From Harriotta raleighana (taxonomy: Eukaryota): a DNA stretch of 64,000 bases. The stretch is from positions 1,152,191 to 1,216,190 of the forward strand of contig JBNZDD010013683.1 in NCBI GenBank assembly GCA_050575255.1. Reading direction: 5' to 3'. Shown piece after piece: positions 1 through 13,594 of this stretch; the stretch's first letter is position 1; each line of letters opens with the position of its first letter. Below the pieces are notes generated by a model. The model was not told where the DNA came from. It saw only the letters and a list, made by a program, of their open reading frames with translations, and ran no database searches. Made by a program: the position numbers and the translations under genes.

Positions 1-659
1 ATCCCTATACAAATGTAATTGTTTTGTAGCTGTTGTTATATTGTTTTCCCCCTGCTCCGCATCCCCAAACATCCGAAAATAGTGTCTAACAACCGGGTTT
101 AAATATAACCCAACTCCTGCTCTCCTCTCTTAAACTCCTCTCTTCTCTTCTCCCTCATGTATGCAGCTGTCTTCATTCAGATGATTTGGTAAACAATTTA
201 TCTGAACATGTCACAAATGTTTCCTGCATTAAAAGTGCAAGCTCAGTTTATAAGGATTCGCATCTGATCTGATTCTACAGCGAAACTATTACTGAATTTC
301 TATTGAATTACTACATAGGTTCAGTCCTGCCCTATAAGGCTTTAGGATCCACTTTTTTTTTAAAAAAGACAGTCATCTGAGTGACCACTTCGTCGGGTGG
401 TTAACATCTGGCGACACTCCACTAACTTGCTGGCAGATGTGTAATTCAGCTACAAGTGCTGAGAGGGTGCTCAATGAGCAGGTAGACAGGGGATCGATTT
501 TTACTGCCATCGAATGGAGCTAGAAAGCTAAGAGCTGCAGCTGTGGCAGATTAAATTAAATTGATCTCATCTAGAGGTGAAGATGATCAATCAATACATC
601 TCGTCAAAATCCAAACTAAGGGAACCAATGACTAAAGATGTTGTTTAGCCACGAGTGAG

Positions 660-1560
660 TTCTCATCAGTACGAAGAAGCTCACAAGATCTTAAACGATC
701 ATCAGAAGTACCGCCAAACTTTTTCTCTCAGAAAACGGTTCAGGACATTTTTCATTTGAATTCCTAGTAACGGATACTGAAGCATATTGTAATTTTAGAT
801 TGTGGATACAATTTCTCCCCAGCGTAAAGGCAGAGAGGGCATGAACCCCTGAAATCATTACTTCAGTGAAAGGCGACATACATCATACAACAACTGTATA
901 TGCTTCGCTCTCTGTTTTACAGGATTGCAAACGCCAGCATAAACTGTAACAGGCAGCTCAAGCTGAGTGGATTCCATGTAGTGCAAACCCTTCTCTTTCC
1001 CTTTTCTCTCCTCGATTGCCACAAAGACATAAATTTTCCTGAAGAGCTGGGCGCAATAGCTGAGGGTACTGAACTGACTTGGAATGTTCTCCACTGGGGA
1101 CGAAACACGAAGGAAATAGAACTCCAATTTAACGCTGCATTTGTCCTGTGCAATTCGCATTGGCACTAGTTACACTTCTCCTAAAGGCTATCCATGTGTA
1201 AGCTTCAGTTCCAATTCCCATGAAGGTACAATCTACAGCCGCACTGAGCCAGAGTAAAAGTCTTTGCCACAATGGTACGACAGCTTTTTGCACGGCATCT
1301 GCTCCTTTAATGCAGCAAATTCAGCATGAAAAGCGTAGTATAGAGCAGCCAAATGTCACATCACTTCCATTCGAGAACATCTAAAGTGGCGATCCCTCAG
1401 CTGCAACAGGAATCCAATTGCAGATGTTGATGCACATTTGAAATCAAGCAATGAAATATCGGCTCAATTGAACGCGAGCCTCACGACACGAGATGTTGGC
1501 CAGGAGCTCCAAAATGTGCATCATGGGTATATACTTCTTCCATCTCCCGTGGGGTGTATA
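660..1560 (+). mobile_element. Possible very old Harbinger/PIF transposase fossil
   Basis: Broken + frames give PEELGAIAEGTELTWNVLH (cf. Harbinger 'EEW..IA..F...WNFP'), VSFSSNSHEGTIY (cf. 'GS.HD..I') and C-terminal GIYFFHLPW (cf. 'YF...V.WQ') in collinear order. Many stops; weak by-eye similarity only. Confidence 0.3.
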
Positions 1561-1633
1561 TTACACACACACACAGAAAACTGCAGATACACATCTGCAA
1601 TGTAAAAAGCAGCCTGTTTGTGCCTAAATATGT

Positions 1634-1870
1634 ACAACAACCACAATAACAACAACAAATTGATTTTATACACTGCCTTTTATATTGGGAGGACACCCTA
1701 CTGCACAGTCGAGGAGGTTGATCTGGGGTTTGGAGCCCAGGGGGTAGTGGTTGGAAGATAACCGGAGGCACAGTCTTGAAAGGAAGAGGAAGGTCTTGAG
1801 ACAGACCTTGAAGGGATGAAGCAAAGGTAATCCGGGATGAAATTTCAGAGAGGCGATTGACTCTCCATGT
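1634..1870 (-). mobile_element. L2 LINE 3' end
   Basis: Minus frame LPLLHPFKVCLKTFLF matches the L2 ORF2 C-terminus 'FK..LKT.LF', followed by a 3'UTR and a (GTT)n-type tail (caacaac... on +). Confidence 0.65.
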
Positions 1871-4652
1871 TTCAGAAGTATTTGAAGTGACAGTATTTTG
1901 TCATCTATCAAAAAGGACACTTTGGGCCTGAGTTGCAGTATCAAACTTTTCTATTATTTTTATTCAGTTCAAGCCTACATCTGCACTCAACTCAGTCTAT
2001 TTTCTTATTGAATACTCATTCAAATAAATCACAATAATTTCATTACGCCGCAATCTCGCAGTTAACTTTCATGGTTCATCCACTACAGAGACAAAGAACA
2101 ATATTTTGTACAGTGGTAGCCATGGAAACTCTTTACTGCTGAACCCAATTTCAATATTCAAGGCCAAATCCAATTCAATGTCGATAACCTAAAGGGCTAA
2201 TCCATTAAAAGCTCAATTCTCTTCCCTGTGCCCCAACTAGTTATGAGTATTAACTACTTTTTCTTTTCAGAGCAGCAATGGCTTTTGACAAAACGTTTGA
2301 ATGGAAAAGTATCAGTTTTATTAGATTGTTAAAGTAGTTATCCAATAGTACTGGAGATGAATAAGCAGCTGAGAGTTCATGAGCCGATGTACCATCAGCC
2401 ATGGCTAAAAATTCGAAACTGTTTTTGAAGCTCAATTTATTGTAGTTAGGTTTTCAGAAAACTTGGATCAAAATCTTCAACATTTACCTCTTGTTTAATG
2501 ATCCATTTGGTGAAATAGTTACAGCCATCTATTTCTGTGGTCTTAATTTGTGACTATATTCCCTTCCATTAAATCATGCATTTCTATGAGATGGTCAGAG
2601 TGCATCAGTTATTGCCCCCCCCTCCCCCACCCTCCAAGTGCATCATTAACTACCCAATGAGACTCTATATCACACAACTGTGCCCTAAGTTTAAATAGTT
2701 TGGTTTGTAGCTGGAATGCTTTGTGGTGCATCTTTTGACAGGAAAGGTTTCAGGTTTAAATGGCTAATGCAATCAGGGTGCTAATTGTATTTCAAATTAG
2801 AACCAAGTCTCACTTTTAATCGCAACATAAGTAATCGAGAAGAAACGAGAGTGTGAGAGAGTTGGAAACAGTAACTTACTGGTAAAATCAGCAGATGCCA
2901 CTTGGATCCAGGCCCAGCCCATTCCGAATAATGTACATTTATTTCAAGCCAATACATATGTCAGTGTCCCAATCAATAAGCTTGAAACATAAAAATCATT
3001 TGTTTTAATGCGATGACATCAATACTTCCTTGTAAAGTGGCATCTGAACAATGCTATTAAAGGTGAACATGGTCAGGTATCCATAATGATCAAGGACAAC
3101 TCTATCCAACGAGGAATACAAATAGCCAACTGCAGTCAAATCAAACAGAACCTTGAAATCAGGTCACAAATGTAAGTTGTACCATTTGATCCCCATTTGA
3201 AACAGATATAGAAATAAATAATCATAATGATATCAATTTGCGTCAATTGTCTTAACCTCACTGAATGATTCATTAACCTTCCTTGACCTGCTGGAAGGCT
3301 TGTGTGAATGATTCGCCTATTCCAGTAATTCTGGTGATTTGTAGCTATTATAAAGAAGGCACCTACAGCAGACTCTCTATACTCCCAGTCATAGAGGGCA
3401 GAAAGCCATTGAGTTTTTGACCAGTAAATCGGCAGATGAACAGCAGTGGCAGAAATGTGCTATCTGACTTTATTTTAAAAAATGTCACTACACTTGACTG
3501 TAATGCAGTAAAGCACTTTGACATGTTTCAATGCAATAAGACGCTACGAAGATGAACTCTACCCCTCATCCACCCCACACACACTGGCATGCCCTCCCCT
3601 CAACTACCCAACTGGACAAAATAATTAGATAACCAGTAACTATCAAATAAGATCGTACAATATCTTCATACATTTTTTAAAAAATAGCTCCTGAAAGCAA
3701 TTTGTATCTTAAAAAGTTAGTAAGTACAGTAGAATATTGCCGAGGAACACAGAGCACCAAACCCACCATGAAGCAAACTAACTGACCCACTTTAATACAC
3801 TACAACATTCACGGTTATCTATGGTCCTGACTGCAGGCAAACACAAGGCATACGGCGAAACATTGATCCTATCATCCCGTCGTGATAGGGTGAAATTCCA
3901 ATGCAACAAGGCAGCTGAATCATTTTAGCCACTTCTGCATCAAGAAAGTGAAGATTATATAAAGTTTTGGCTATATCCTCCCAATTTGCATTTGTGCCAA
4001 CCAAATTGAACCTCTGAAAAGTAACACCATTGCAGAGATTAGAAGGTATGAATTCTATTGGGGTTAATAATTCTCCATTATCTGGTAAGGGTAATTTTCC
4101 ACTGAGCCAGGCGAGGTTACAGGTATTTAGAAAGGTAAGAGCTTGTTCTTCTATCCTTCTGAGTTATTGCCACAGTGAGAAGCTTTGAGAAGAATGAACT
4201 GCTCTGTTCCAGTCAACACCCAGAGAGACGAGCATCTGGTTCCCAAATAACAGATAAGCTAATGTAGGCGGTCATGCTGACCACTGTAGAATGAACCCGA
4301 CAGACTGGGTAGGGGGCATCAGTAGTCTGGAATTCCTCATAACTCAAGTATTTGAGCCATTTTGAAATATGTTTAAATTCAGTTTGTATGTTTGTTACAA
4401 GAGATACAGAAAACTAGCTTTTAAATTAAGTCTTGAAGAGTTTGTTTCAAAATTGTGCATGATAAATAAAAATATGAAGGCAATGGATTTAAGACTAAAA
4501 CCATGAAAAATATCAGGTATCCAAGTTCATAGCAATTAAAAACCAGGACAAATCCAGATTTTTTTGTTTCCGAAATTTTTTAATCAATATTCCCCCCTCC
4601 CCCATCCAGCTATATTAGAGAATGCAAAAATGGCTCATGCGTACTTTGCAGA

Positions 4653-4790
4653 TAATAATCATAACATTAATAATTTTGCATTTGATATAGCAACTTATCA
4701 CATCATTGAGATGACTCAAAACACATCACAGAATATATTCCTGTTCTTTGAGGGCAAAACACAGCAGACAATTGCAACAGACAATTCAGA
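4653..4790 (-). mobile_element. Degraded SINE 3' tail
   Basis: aataattttgcatttgatatagc...ctcaaaacacatcacagaatata is the reverse complement of the shared SINE tail. Confidence 0.55.
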
Positions 4791-7344
4791 TTGTCAAGAA
4801 TTGCTGAAATCCATGCAGTCATATCTCCGGAACAAAATACTGCAGTGTTCTGTTTTCTGCAGTTTACCATTGCTGCAACAAGCCATTGCTTAAAACATTT
4901 CCTCACGTTTGCCTCCACCATCCATCAAGACATAGATCAGACACAAGATCCTTTAAATGTTATTTAAGGCCGAGAACATCGGAATAGATTGTAAACCTCC
5001 TCCAAGTATTGCATCTCCTATTAAGATCCAGATTTAATACAACTGAAATTGATTTCATTATTTTCAGTACTTGAGATACAAACCACTTATTTATGTCACC
5101 ACTTCTGTCTCTCCAAATGGTTCAATATTTGCTACCGATATGGTTCTGATACTAGATTTTCTTTTCATTTAAAAATATAGAATTTGATATACTTAATTCA
5201 CCAAGTGTGAAATAAAAAAAATCAAACTGAGAAAACTCATTCATCAAATGAATTTAATTTAAAACTTGTCAAAATGCACAGCGATTCTTCAGACTATATT
5301 AAAGATCAAGACGTGGAGTAAACAGCATGTTTAGCGTCGGATATGCAATTTAAGTAAAAGCAAAAACTTGTTTAAAAAAAATTGAGAACTCGAGAGATAA
5401 AAGCAAGCTCATTTCTATCTGGCCTGAATGTCAAACAGCACAATACTGTATTTAATATCTAACAAAATGAAGTAAAGGAGCTAAACAGCCAGAGTGACAG
5501 AGCAGCTGTGTTACACAATGCCATATTCAGTCTCTTATCGATGAACTGACTTATACACTTTGGATTTATTCTTTTACAGATGATTCAATCTTAGGCCATA
5601 GAATTTCCATTCTTACATCTCTCAGATGCTGATGTTTTTGGAGCTTTAACGGTTCAATTCCAGTCTCTGCCGCAGCCTTTTTTCCTTCCTGGGCAAAAAA
5701 GGTTCACCCCATATAAATGCAAAAATTGTTCAACCCAGTATATGTGTTAATGGTTGTACAGACCAATCCAGTTGGGTTTAAAAGAGGTAGTTGATGTATC
5801 TGAACACGAAAGATGCTGGACTTTATTTAATGGTGGTTCCGATTTCAAAATGAAGAACCCCTATGGTGTGCTATCAGACAAAAGGCAAGCAATATCATCC
5901 ATTATATTGAGTGTGAATATCTACATCGATGAGACACACCACTTGTCATCATTAAAAAAGTTGGACAGCAAATATGGTTCTGCTGCCAGAAGTGCAGAGA
6001 AGATTCAAGTTTCTATAAATTACATCACTTAGCGAACTTCAGTATTGTTCATGCACAGGCTCGATCTGACACCCACTTTGTTTTCTCCTCCCACAAGTGG
6101 TATTGCTTTGCATCGGGTAAGGTCAAAAATCACTTTGGCACATCTAGTTCAGCCTTGCTGCAACTCAGCACTCTCTTCATAGTACTGACCAACTTAGCTA
6201 TCCAATTGTCTATCATAAGACCATGTATCAGTACCAACAGAGAAGTTCTGCACATTAAATATTGTAACTATGTCACATTGACCTATACTTAAGAGGATTT
6301 AACAGTAGTATTTACATTAGTAAATATTTAATGCTAAAAAAACTTAGCTGTGTTAAAAGTTAGCAATGCTAAAAAAAAAAGCATAAAATATCAAACAGCT
6401 TGGTAGGCATGGAAAACATCACAAATCGACTGTCAATTAATGACTGCCTTGCTCTACTGGCCCATCTTTGGGAACATGTAAAACAGGATTGATCAATGGT
6501 GAGGAAGTATCTGCCATATGCTAAAGCAATGGTGGTATCGTCTAAGGGGCCCCCCTGAACATATGCATCGAGTCTAGGTAATTCTATGTTTAATCAATGT
6601 TGTATTTCCATGTTTTTCTTGATAGTATATTTCTTGTTTTGGCTGACTGAAAGGTTGGCCACCACTAACCAAAAACATAATCAGCACCCCTACTTTATCA
6701 CTTGTATAACATTGTATTCGCTTAAAGTATTCAAACTCCCTCCTTAGATAATCCACGGTGTTAATCTGCAAACAACCCTTTCCTTCACTGTATAAATCGG
6801 TCAACATAGTTCTTCGCAGAATACTGTATATAGCTAAGCGCACTGTGGCTTTCTGTGTAATGAAGTAGTGCATTTGTCTTGTTACACTTTCAGTGAGCTA
6901 CAGGCAATTATGCATTGGAAAAATCAGGTGTGGGTTTCAATATTACAGCTGTTGAGATAAATTTGTAACAGGTTTAATTGGGATTCTATTTCAGGCCAGT
7001 GAGTATTCATATTCAGTGAGATTTCATTGGGAATTTTTCCAACTTTGCTGGAGGAGGAATGTGGATTGTACAGCATTTCTTAATCATGAACTCTAGATAC
7101 TGATATCCCAACAGCCAAACTCCATAGCCAGAAAATGCTGCTTATACTGGCAAGATTTAAAAGGTTTGTTCTCAGTGGAATAGACTGAATGATTCTCCTT
7201 CACCTTGACAATAGACAATAAACAGTCTTCATGCTTAGTTAATGAAACAATTGAGGATCAGTGCAGAGCTGTGACAGACCCCAAACACCTCTCTGCGATG
7301 ATAGAGGTATCTTTTTTAGTTGTTTAACCTCAATTTAATTTGTT

Positions 7345-7383
7345 TCTTTGCTATATCAAATGCAAGGAATATTATTATTATAT
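7345..7383 (+). mobile_element. SINE extreme 3' tail
   Basis: gctatatcaaatgcaaggaatattattatta matches the tail of the full copies. Confidence 0.55.
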
Positions 7384-8994
7384 TCTCCATCGCTGCAGTA
7401 TTGTTGCAGAGACAAGTTGGAGAATCCTAATAGTTATAACCATTCAGCACCTGAGAGCTTCGATAGGTTCAAGCTTCTCCACTAGAGCTATCCACCCGAA
7501 TGCCAATTTTCGGTTCATTCCCTTTTACGTACCATTTTACAGTGTATTGTCTCTCTCCAATATTGTTCCAACTCATCTTTGAATAGTGTGTGGTCAGGAC
7601 AATGGAAGCAGCAATCCAGAACTGTGTCTCTTGGGATCGTCTGGCCTTATGGCGTTTACATAAATATTTTTGGTGTTTTAATAGCAAGGTCACTGGGATA
7701 TACAGAGATCTATACATGGCGTATGTATACTTCCCAGTTTCTATTGATAAGAGCAAATCAGTTAATGTTGACACTATCTAGTCACTGCCTCTGTAGCAAT
7801 GATTAATAGGTGGAGAATATTTTTATTCTCTTTGATTTATCATAGAAAATGCTAAATAAATATTTACACCTTTTATAATAAGACAGTTCTGCATTTATAT
7901 ATCCACACTAGTTTATAATTTAAAGTGACTGTTTACAAGGTTTACCCATTTTTAATCTCTGGCATCAATCTGTTTCATATGATCCTAGGACACAAAGTCA
8001 GATATTTCAGATTCCTGAATCTTTCAATCAATTATCAAGCATTAGATAGAACCAATTATGAAAGGTCCAGAATTGAAGAAAGCATTCATTTCCCGACCAT
8101 CTTTTTGACAGCACATTGAATAAACTCAGGTTTATTCACTTTATGCTCCTCACTCAATGGGCTTATCCATCCCTCAACTGAGAAACAGAAAGATGAAAAT
8201 CAATTTCAGTATTTATGTTTTACTGTAGAGACCAAACAAGTTGATTTAATTTGTTAATGTATGTCAAGGGTAAAGCTATAGCTGTTGCCTTTCGGCCAAT
8301 TGATTACATTGCCATTGATTCAAATTTGCATTAAATTATTCAGCACGAACATTATTGTTTAACTCCTTCCCTTTCTCACTGTCCTACTTCAATCTGTCAG
8401 TTAGGTAACAGACCATAGTGTGAAGGTGGATGTTAGTGTATGTTTCACAAACACACACAACCCACTTCCATCACTGACAGTTTGCCCTCATCCCAAATGT
8501 CAATTCTTCCACTGTGGTAAACTTGTATCAGCACACACTGATAGAAGCTGACATGTACAAACGTACACAAGAAGACGTGAGTGAATTGCCTGGTTTTACT
8601 TGGCTCCTGAGAAGTCTTGAAGGCACCTAATAACAGCTGTACTCGGGAGCCGACAGGTTTGAATGTCCAGACACAAACCCCAGAAAACAGTATGAAGGGA
8701 GCATCTTAACTGTTAATTCTGTTGGGGAGGAGAAGGAACTCAACATAAATTATAGTTTCCAATTTGCTGGTCCACTGGGTTCCTGTTATTGTCACTTTCC
8801 GTTTGACAGACAAAGTGACAACAGGATTTCTTCACAGCACAGTGCGCTGCCTTTTTTTTCTGTTTCGAAATCACTGTTTTAAAATAGTTTTAAAACTCTG
8901 AAAAGCACTCATGAGGGTACGTCATTAATAAGGGCAAAGTCTACCAACTGTCCTTGAGAGAGTTTTCACTGCATTCACTGAGTGAACCAAAATA

Positions 8995-9050
8995 TCTCGG
9001 CACATCCTCTTGATGTGAAAGGTGCTACATAAATCCAATTTGTTGTTCTT
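8995..9050 (+). mobile_element. L2-type 3' tail fragment
   Basis: gatgtgaaaggtgctacataaatccaatttgttgtt, the same motif as the tail of the L2 at 9620-9875. Confidence 0.5.
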
Positions 9051-9619
9051 CAGCCAAATGTTCAGGACATGCAATTTTGCAATAAAACACTTATGAAATA
9101 AGTCACTTTTTTCATTGATTGCTTTTGCTATTCCTACCAAATATTCTCATTATATTGCCTATTTAGATAGAGCCACCAATCCTTTTATCTGACTGAAGTG
9201 ACAACAGGATCGTAATCAAATGTGCATTATAGATGCAAGAACATTCTGTGTTAGAAGAGGGAATGGAAGCAGGAAATTAAAGTGACTTAAGGGGATTCAA
9301 CAATTTGGAAGAGCAGCAGTCCATAGTGAAGCACGTCTGCATCTCATAGACTTTCGTTTAAAAAGTGACTGAAATGCCGTCATTCTCCATCTCCTTCGCT
9401 TACACAGTCACAGCTATCCACCCCCTGGTCTGTGAGGTGCTAATATCAAACTGACAGGTCACTAACATATGCAAGCAAATTTCACTGCCATCAACATCTA
9501 GAGGTCACATCAGCAGCCCCATTGTGGAATCCTCATTTAAAACATGACAGAGCTAAAAGCTTTTCAATTAAATAAATATGAAGTTTACTTTAGTTTTAAA
9601 ATTACAGTAGTTGGCTGAG

Positions 9620-9875
9620 CAACACCCTCGCATTCTCTGCCCCACCATCAGAGGTTGCGCTTTCAGTCGTTGCACCCCGAAACTCTGGAACACTCTCCTT
9701 CAATCCCTCCGTCTCGGCCCCACTTTCCCCCTTTTTCAAGTCACAAGACTGTGATTATGGCCACCTTCGCCCTACTCCCCGACTCGGAGTCAGGCTCCGC
9801 TACTGGTAAGCTTTCTGACACGCCACATGGCATGGAGGGCACTATATAAATGAAAGTTGTTGTTCTTGTTGTTGA
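9620..9875 (+). mobile_element. L2 LINE 3' end (5'-truncated)
   Basis: Translates TIRGCAFSRCTPKLWNTLLQSLRL (L2 'GGRAFS...PKLWNSLP..LR'), then a 3'UTR ending ggagggcactatataaatgaaagttgttgtt. Confidence 0.75.
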
Positions 9876-10327
9876 ACAAAACGACAAATCCAAATCACCT
9901 AGGATGCTGACCCTTCGATAGAGGAGGCTTCTACTGCTTCAGCCTGGACTGAATTCGAAACTATGCCCTTGAAGTGGGAGGTCAGAGTACCTCCCTCCTA
10001 CTTCATTTTCCGGTTTAAATTTTATAAAATGAATATAACATGACCCGGTAGGTCTTTGCAAGATCATTTCCTTGTATGTTATTTAAGACTGAGTGCCAAA
10101 TCAGCATTGTGATCAGACCAGTTTTGGTTCACTCAGTAAATAGAGTGAAAACCACATTAGGGGCAGGCAAAAGACGCTGCCCATATTGGTAGCCTAACAT
10201 CCTAAGTGGTTTTCAGAATTTTAAAACCATTTTAAAACAGTCAGTTTTAAAATGAAACAAGAAAGAGAAATAGTTACCTAAATGGGAGTTTATGAGTGAG
10301 GCGGTCACAGATGAGATAAGGTTTAAG

Positions 10328-10385
10328 TGCTGCAAGACATTAATCACATTAAGGGCACTATATAAATGCAAGTTGTTGCTGTTGC
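10328..10385 (+). mobile_element. L2-type 3' tail fragment
   Basis: aagggcactatataaatgcaagttgttgctgtt. Confidence 0.5.
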
Positions 10386-12602
10386 CCTACTAGAATTGCA
10401 TGTGCTACTCTGATGCTACAATACACTGCAAGCTTAAATAGATACAGTATTCTTGTGACTAAGGATGCACAAGGGAGTTTGGGTTTAACTGCAATAAACG
10501 TGATAGCTCACATTTTAATGTTTTCTTGAACGATTTAGCGAGATAGTTCGATGATGAACTACAGCGCTAGAAAATATGACTTTCCAAATGACCATTGGTC
10601 ACAGAGCTTTGAAAAATTAACCATTGCCTCATCTCTCTGTGAAGTTGTCCATTGCAGCTTACTAGTGTGTGGTGCGATAGATATCTATAGGTTCACACGG
10701 ATTGCTGGCAGTGCTGACATTTCATTTGCTTTATGAAAGATTCACAGAAGGTGATCTCTTGCCCTGGTACCAGATCAGATTTTAAGTTTTCAGTGTAGGC
10801 ACTTTGCCACCTAATATTAGTCAGACACCAAGGTTTATGAGAGAAATTCATCTTCGAAAGCCTGCAACTTCTTCATTTTTCACTTTGTTCTTGGAAGTGA
10901 TAAGTCTCTTTCCTGATTGCATCCGTTTTGCCATAAAGCAGCATTTTCCTGATGAGAGGAAGCACTTGCGAGGCATCTCCATGTACCTTGCTCATCACCG
11001 AAAGGTCCTTTGAAATTTTCAAGGGCAATCAAATAAATTTAGCTTTAATTCAGTGCTTTATTTTCTCTCACAAATTATCTTCCTACTTGGATGCTGGTTA
11101 ATGCAATGCAAACCATGCTGTTTGCCTTGCAACATTTCAAATTAATAGTTGAAAACCCCTTTCATCACTGCATGCACTTCACACCATTGATACACTAATA
11201 ACAGCTGCAAAAACAGTATGAAAGTATTTCCGTGTGTGCACACTTACTGAACAAAAAAAGTTGCGGGAAATAAATGAGGTTAATTTTGGCAAATATTGAA
11301 CACTGTTATCAATTCTGCAAACCTCAATCCTCAAGCTTCAGCTGATTATTCAGATCACATTTATATCAAGGAGTACCTCGAAAGCTTGTTCCACGCTTAC
11401 AGGCTTCATTTGGGGAAAGGAATTGGGCATCTTTTGTTTGACGGTGATATGAGGAACTGAGGCTTTAAGACAGTAAATCAGTGGACTATCTAAATGAGGT
11501 TGGAATTCTAAATTTGTGCTGGTACATTATATTCTCATGATGTGCACTACACTAGAGAATATTGTTGTCAGCCACAGCTCACAGCACTGAGACACCTTAG
11601 ATGCTTCCAATGAAGAGTGAGCGGTCACACTGAGGGTCATTTGACTCCAAGTACTGCATTCACACCACTTCTGATTTAAATTCAGCATGAATATCAGTGT
11701 ACAGAAAGGGCCTATGTGTTTCAGAACCTTACCAGGGTTTCATACTTATCTAGAAATTAGCTCTTTGCCTTGGGCCAAATAAGGCCAAAAAATTATAATT
11801 TGCTAGTTGCAGTTGACAACAATAGTGGAAGTTCCTTCAAAGCAAGAAAGCATCCAGAATAAGAAGGGACTGTGGTTATCGGTGTTCCTGTCAGTCCAGG
11901 TGTCACTTCTATTTGGTCCATGCAAGAACACCCTGAATATAATGAAATGTTTGGATTTAATGACCAGTGTGTATGCGTACAAAACAAAGAACTGACAACC
12001 ATTCACAATGCGAGGAGATTTGCCTTTTTTGTTGCTGAATAGTGCATTTCAGCACGTATTAAAATATGTAAAAGCTGCAGAGATGGACGGAAAATATTAC
12101 AGGCAGGCATATCGTGAAAATGTATCTCGGCTTTATCAGAAGCACCACATGTCCATGCAAAGTGAGGGGGGAGAAACGCAATCGCGGAGATTGTACAACC
12201 TTTTACCAGCAGACCCCATCACAAAAATAAAGGCAACAAGGACTTGGAGCATGTCACACAAACCTAACACATTCTAAAATATACACTTTTGGAAACTGCA
12301 ATCAAAAAGAAATTACAATACTAAATTCATTGTTTTTGCTGCTAGAAATGAGTACTGTACCAGGTTTCAACAAGAAGTATGTGAGCAAAGTATTGGGGGA
12401 TAAAGATGGGAATACATCCTCCCTTCAACACCTCAGGTTGACTTCTTATCCTTTGATAATGCAATATGACAGCAATGTCAATGCTTCAGAAATATTCACT
12501 CATATGACTCCTCAAACAGCACTTTTTTCACACTGTAATGGGCCTGTGGGTTGCCAAGTGGACTGAAGAAGTAGGAGACCGTTTGAAGGGCAAATTCCTC
12601 TT

Positions 12603-12790
12603 TATAATAATAATCCTTGCATTTGATACAGTGCTTATCATGTCTTCTAGACATCTCAAAGCACTTCACAGAATATACTGCAAGTTAATTGATTGTATAT
12701 TTTGTAGGCGAAACCCGGTTGCCAATTGTGTACAGCAGTGTCGCGCAAACAGTTGTGGATTGCAATGACCAATTCGTTATTTTTTATTTT
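12603..12790 (-). mobile_element. tRNA-SINE, 5'-truncated copy
   Basis: Reverse complement of the 3' half of the SINE at 19963-20277, with (TAA)n tail. Confidence 0.85.
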
Positions 12791-13594
12791 TTCTTGAGGA
12801 ATTATTATCAGGACTGATCAAAAATATACAGAGCTTACATAGTACCAATAGCTAATTCCAGCATAGTGATAACAATGTTCAGATCAGTTGAATGCTGTTT
12901 TCCGTTCTTCCTCAGAAAGTGTAGATAGAACCCAACAATTACCAGGGATTAGTACATTCTGCATCCATTCATTACAATAATCCCACCCATGTTTGATTTT
13001 GAAAACCAATGACTGCCCATGTGTGTCAAATAAGGTTGCCATTTAATCACATTAAAACATCCAGAAGGGAACCACATTGGTTAGAAGGAAAGTGTTGCAG
13101 CTCAGTTTATGGATCACAATGATATGCACCATGGCTGGAGTTATTTGTGAAATGGCCTAGCAAGCAGCACAAGCCCTAAGCCTATATGACTTGATACTCA
13201 TGCTTCAAAAAATAGCTTCAAAAACTGATGGGCCTGCATCATCCAGATAACATGTGCAACCAAAATATCATCAGTGACGTTTGACAGTTAATACAGTACC
13301 AATGTTATTGCTGCAAAGTGTGATCCTCTTTTTCCCGCATGATTTTTGCCAGTGGGTCTTGCCTTGTATGAATAAAGCAAAAACAGCACCATTTCTGCCT
13401 TTTTTTTCATTCTATGCTGCAGTTTAAACCATAAAGCCTGACTGCTGATCTCCCATTTGCCTGCAGGTTTCTGCAGAGTAACTGAACCTTGCAGATGTCA
13501 GCCTACAGTGAGAGCAATGGAATGATGTGTGAAATATTGATTTTTACTTAAACAAGGACAGATGTGGGATGCATATTCCATCTTAAAACAGGCC

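Noticed and set aside
10945-10985. Hammerhead ribozyme cores (CTGATGA here; also minus strand near 665, 22745 and 34448)
   Set aside because: No correctly spaced GAAA with a closing stem II and flanking stems could be built.
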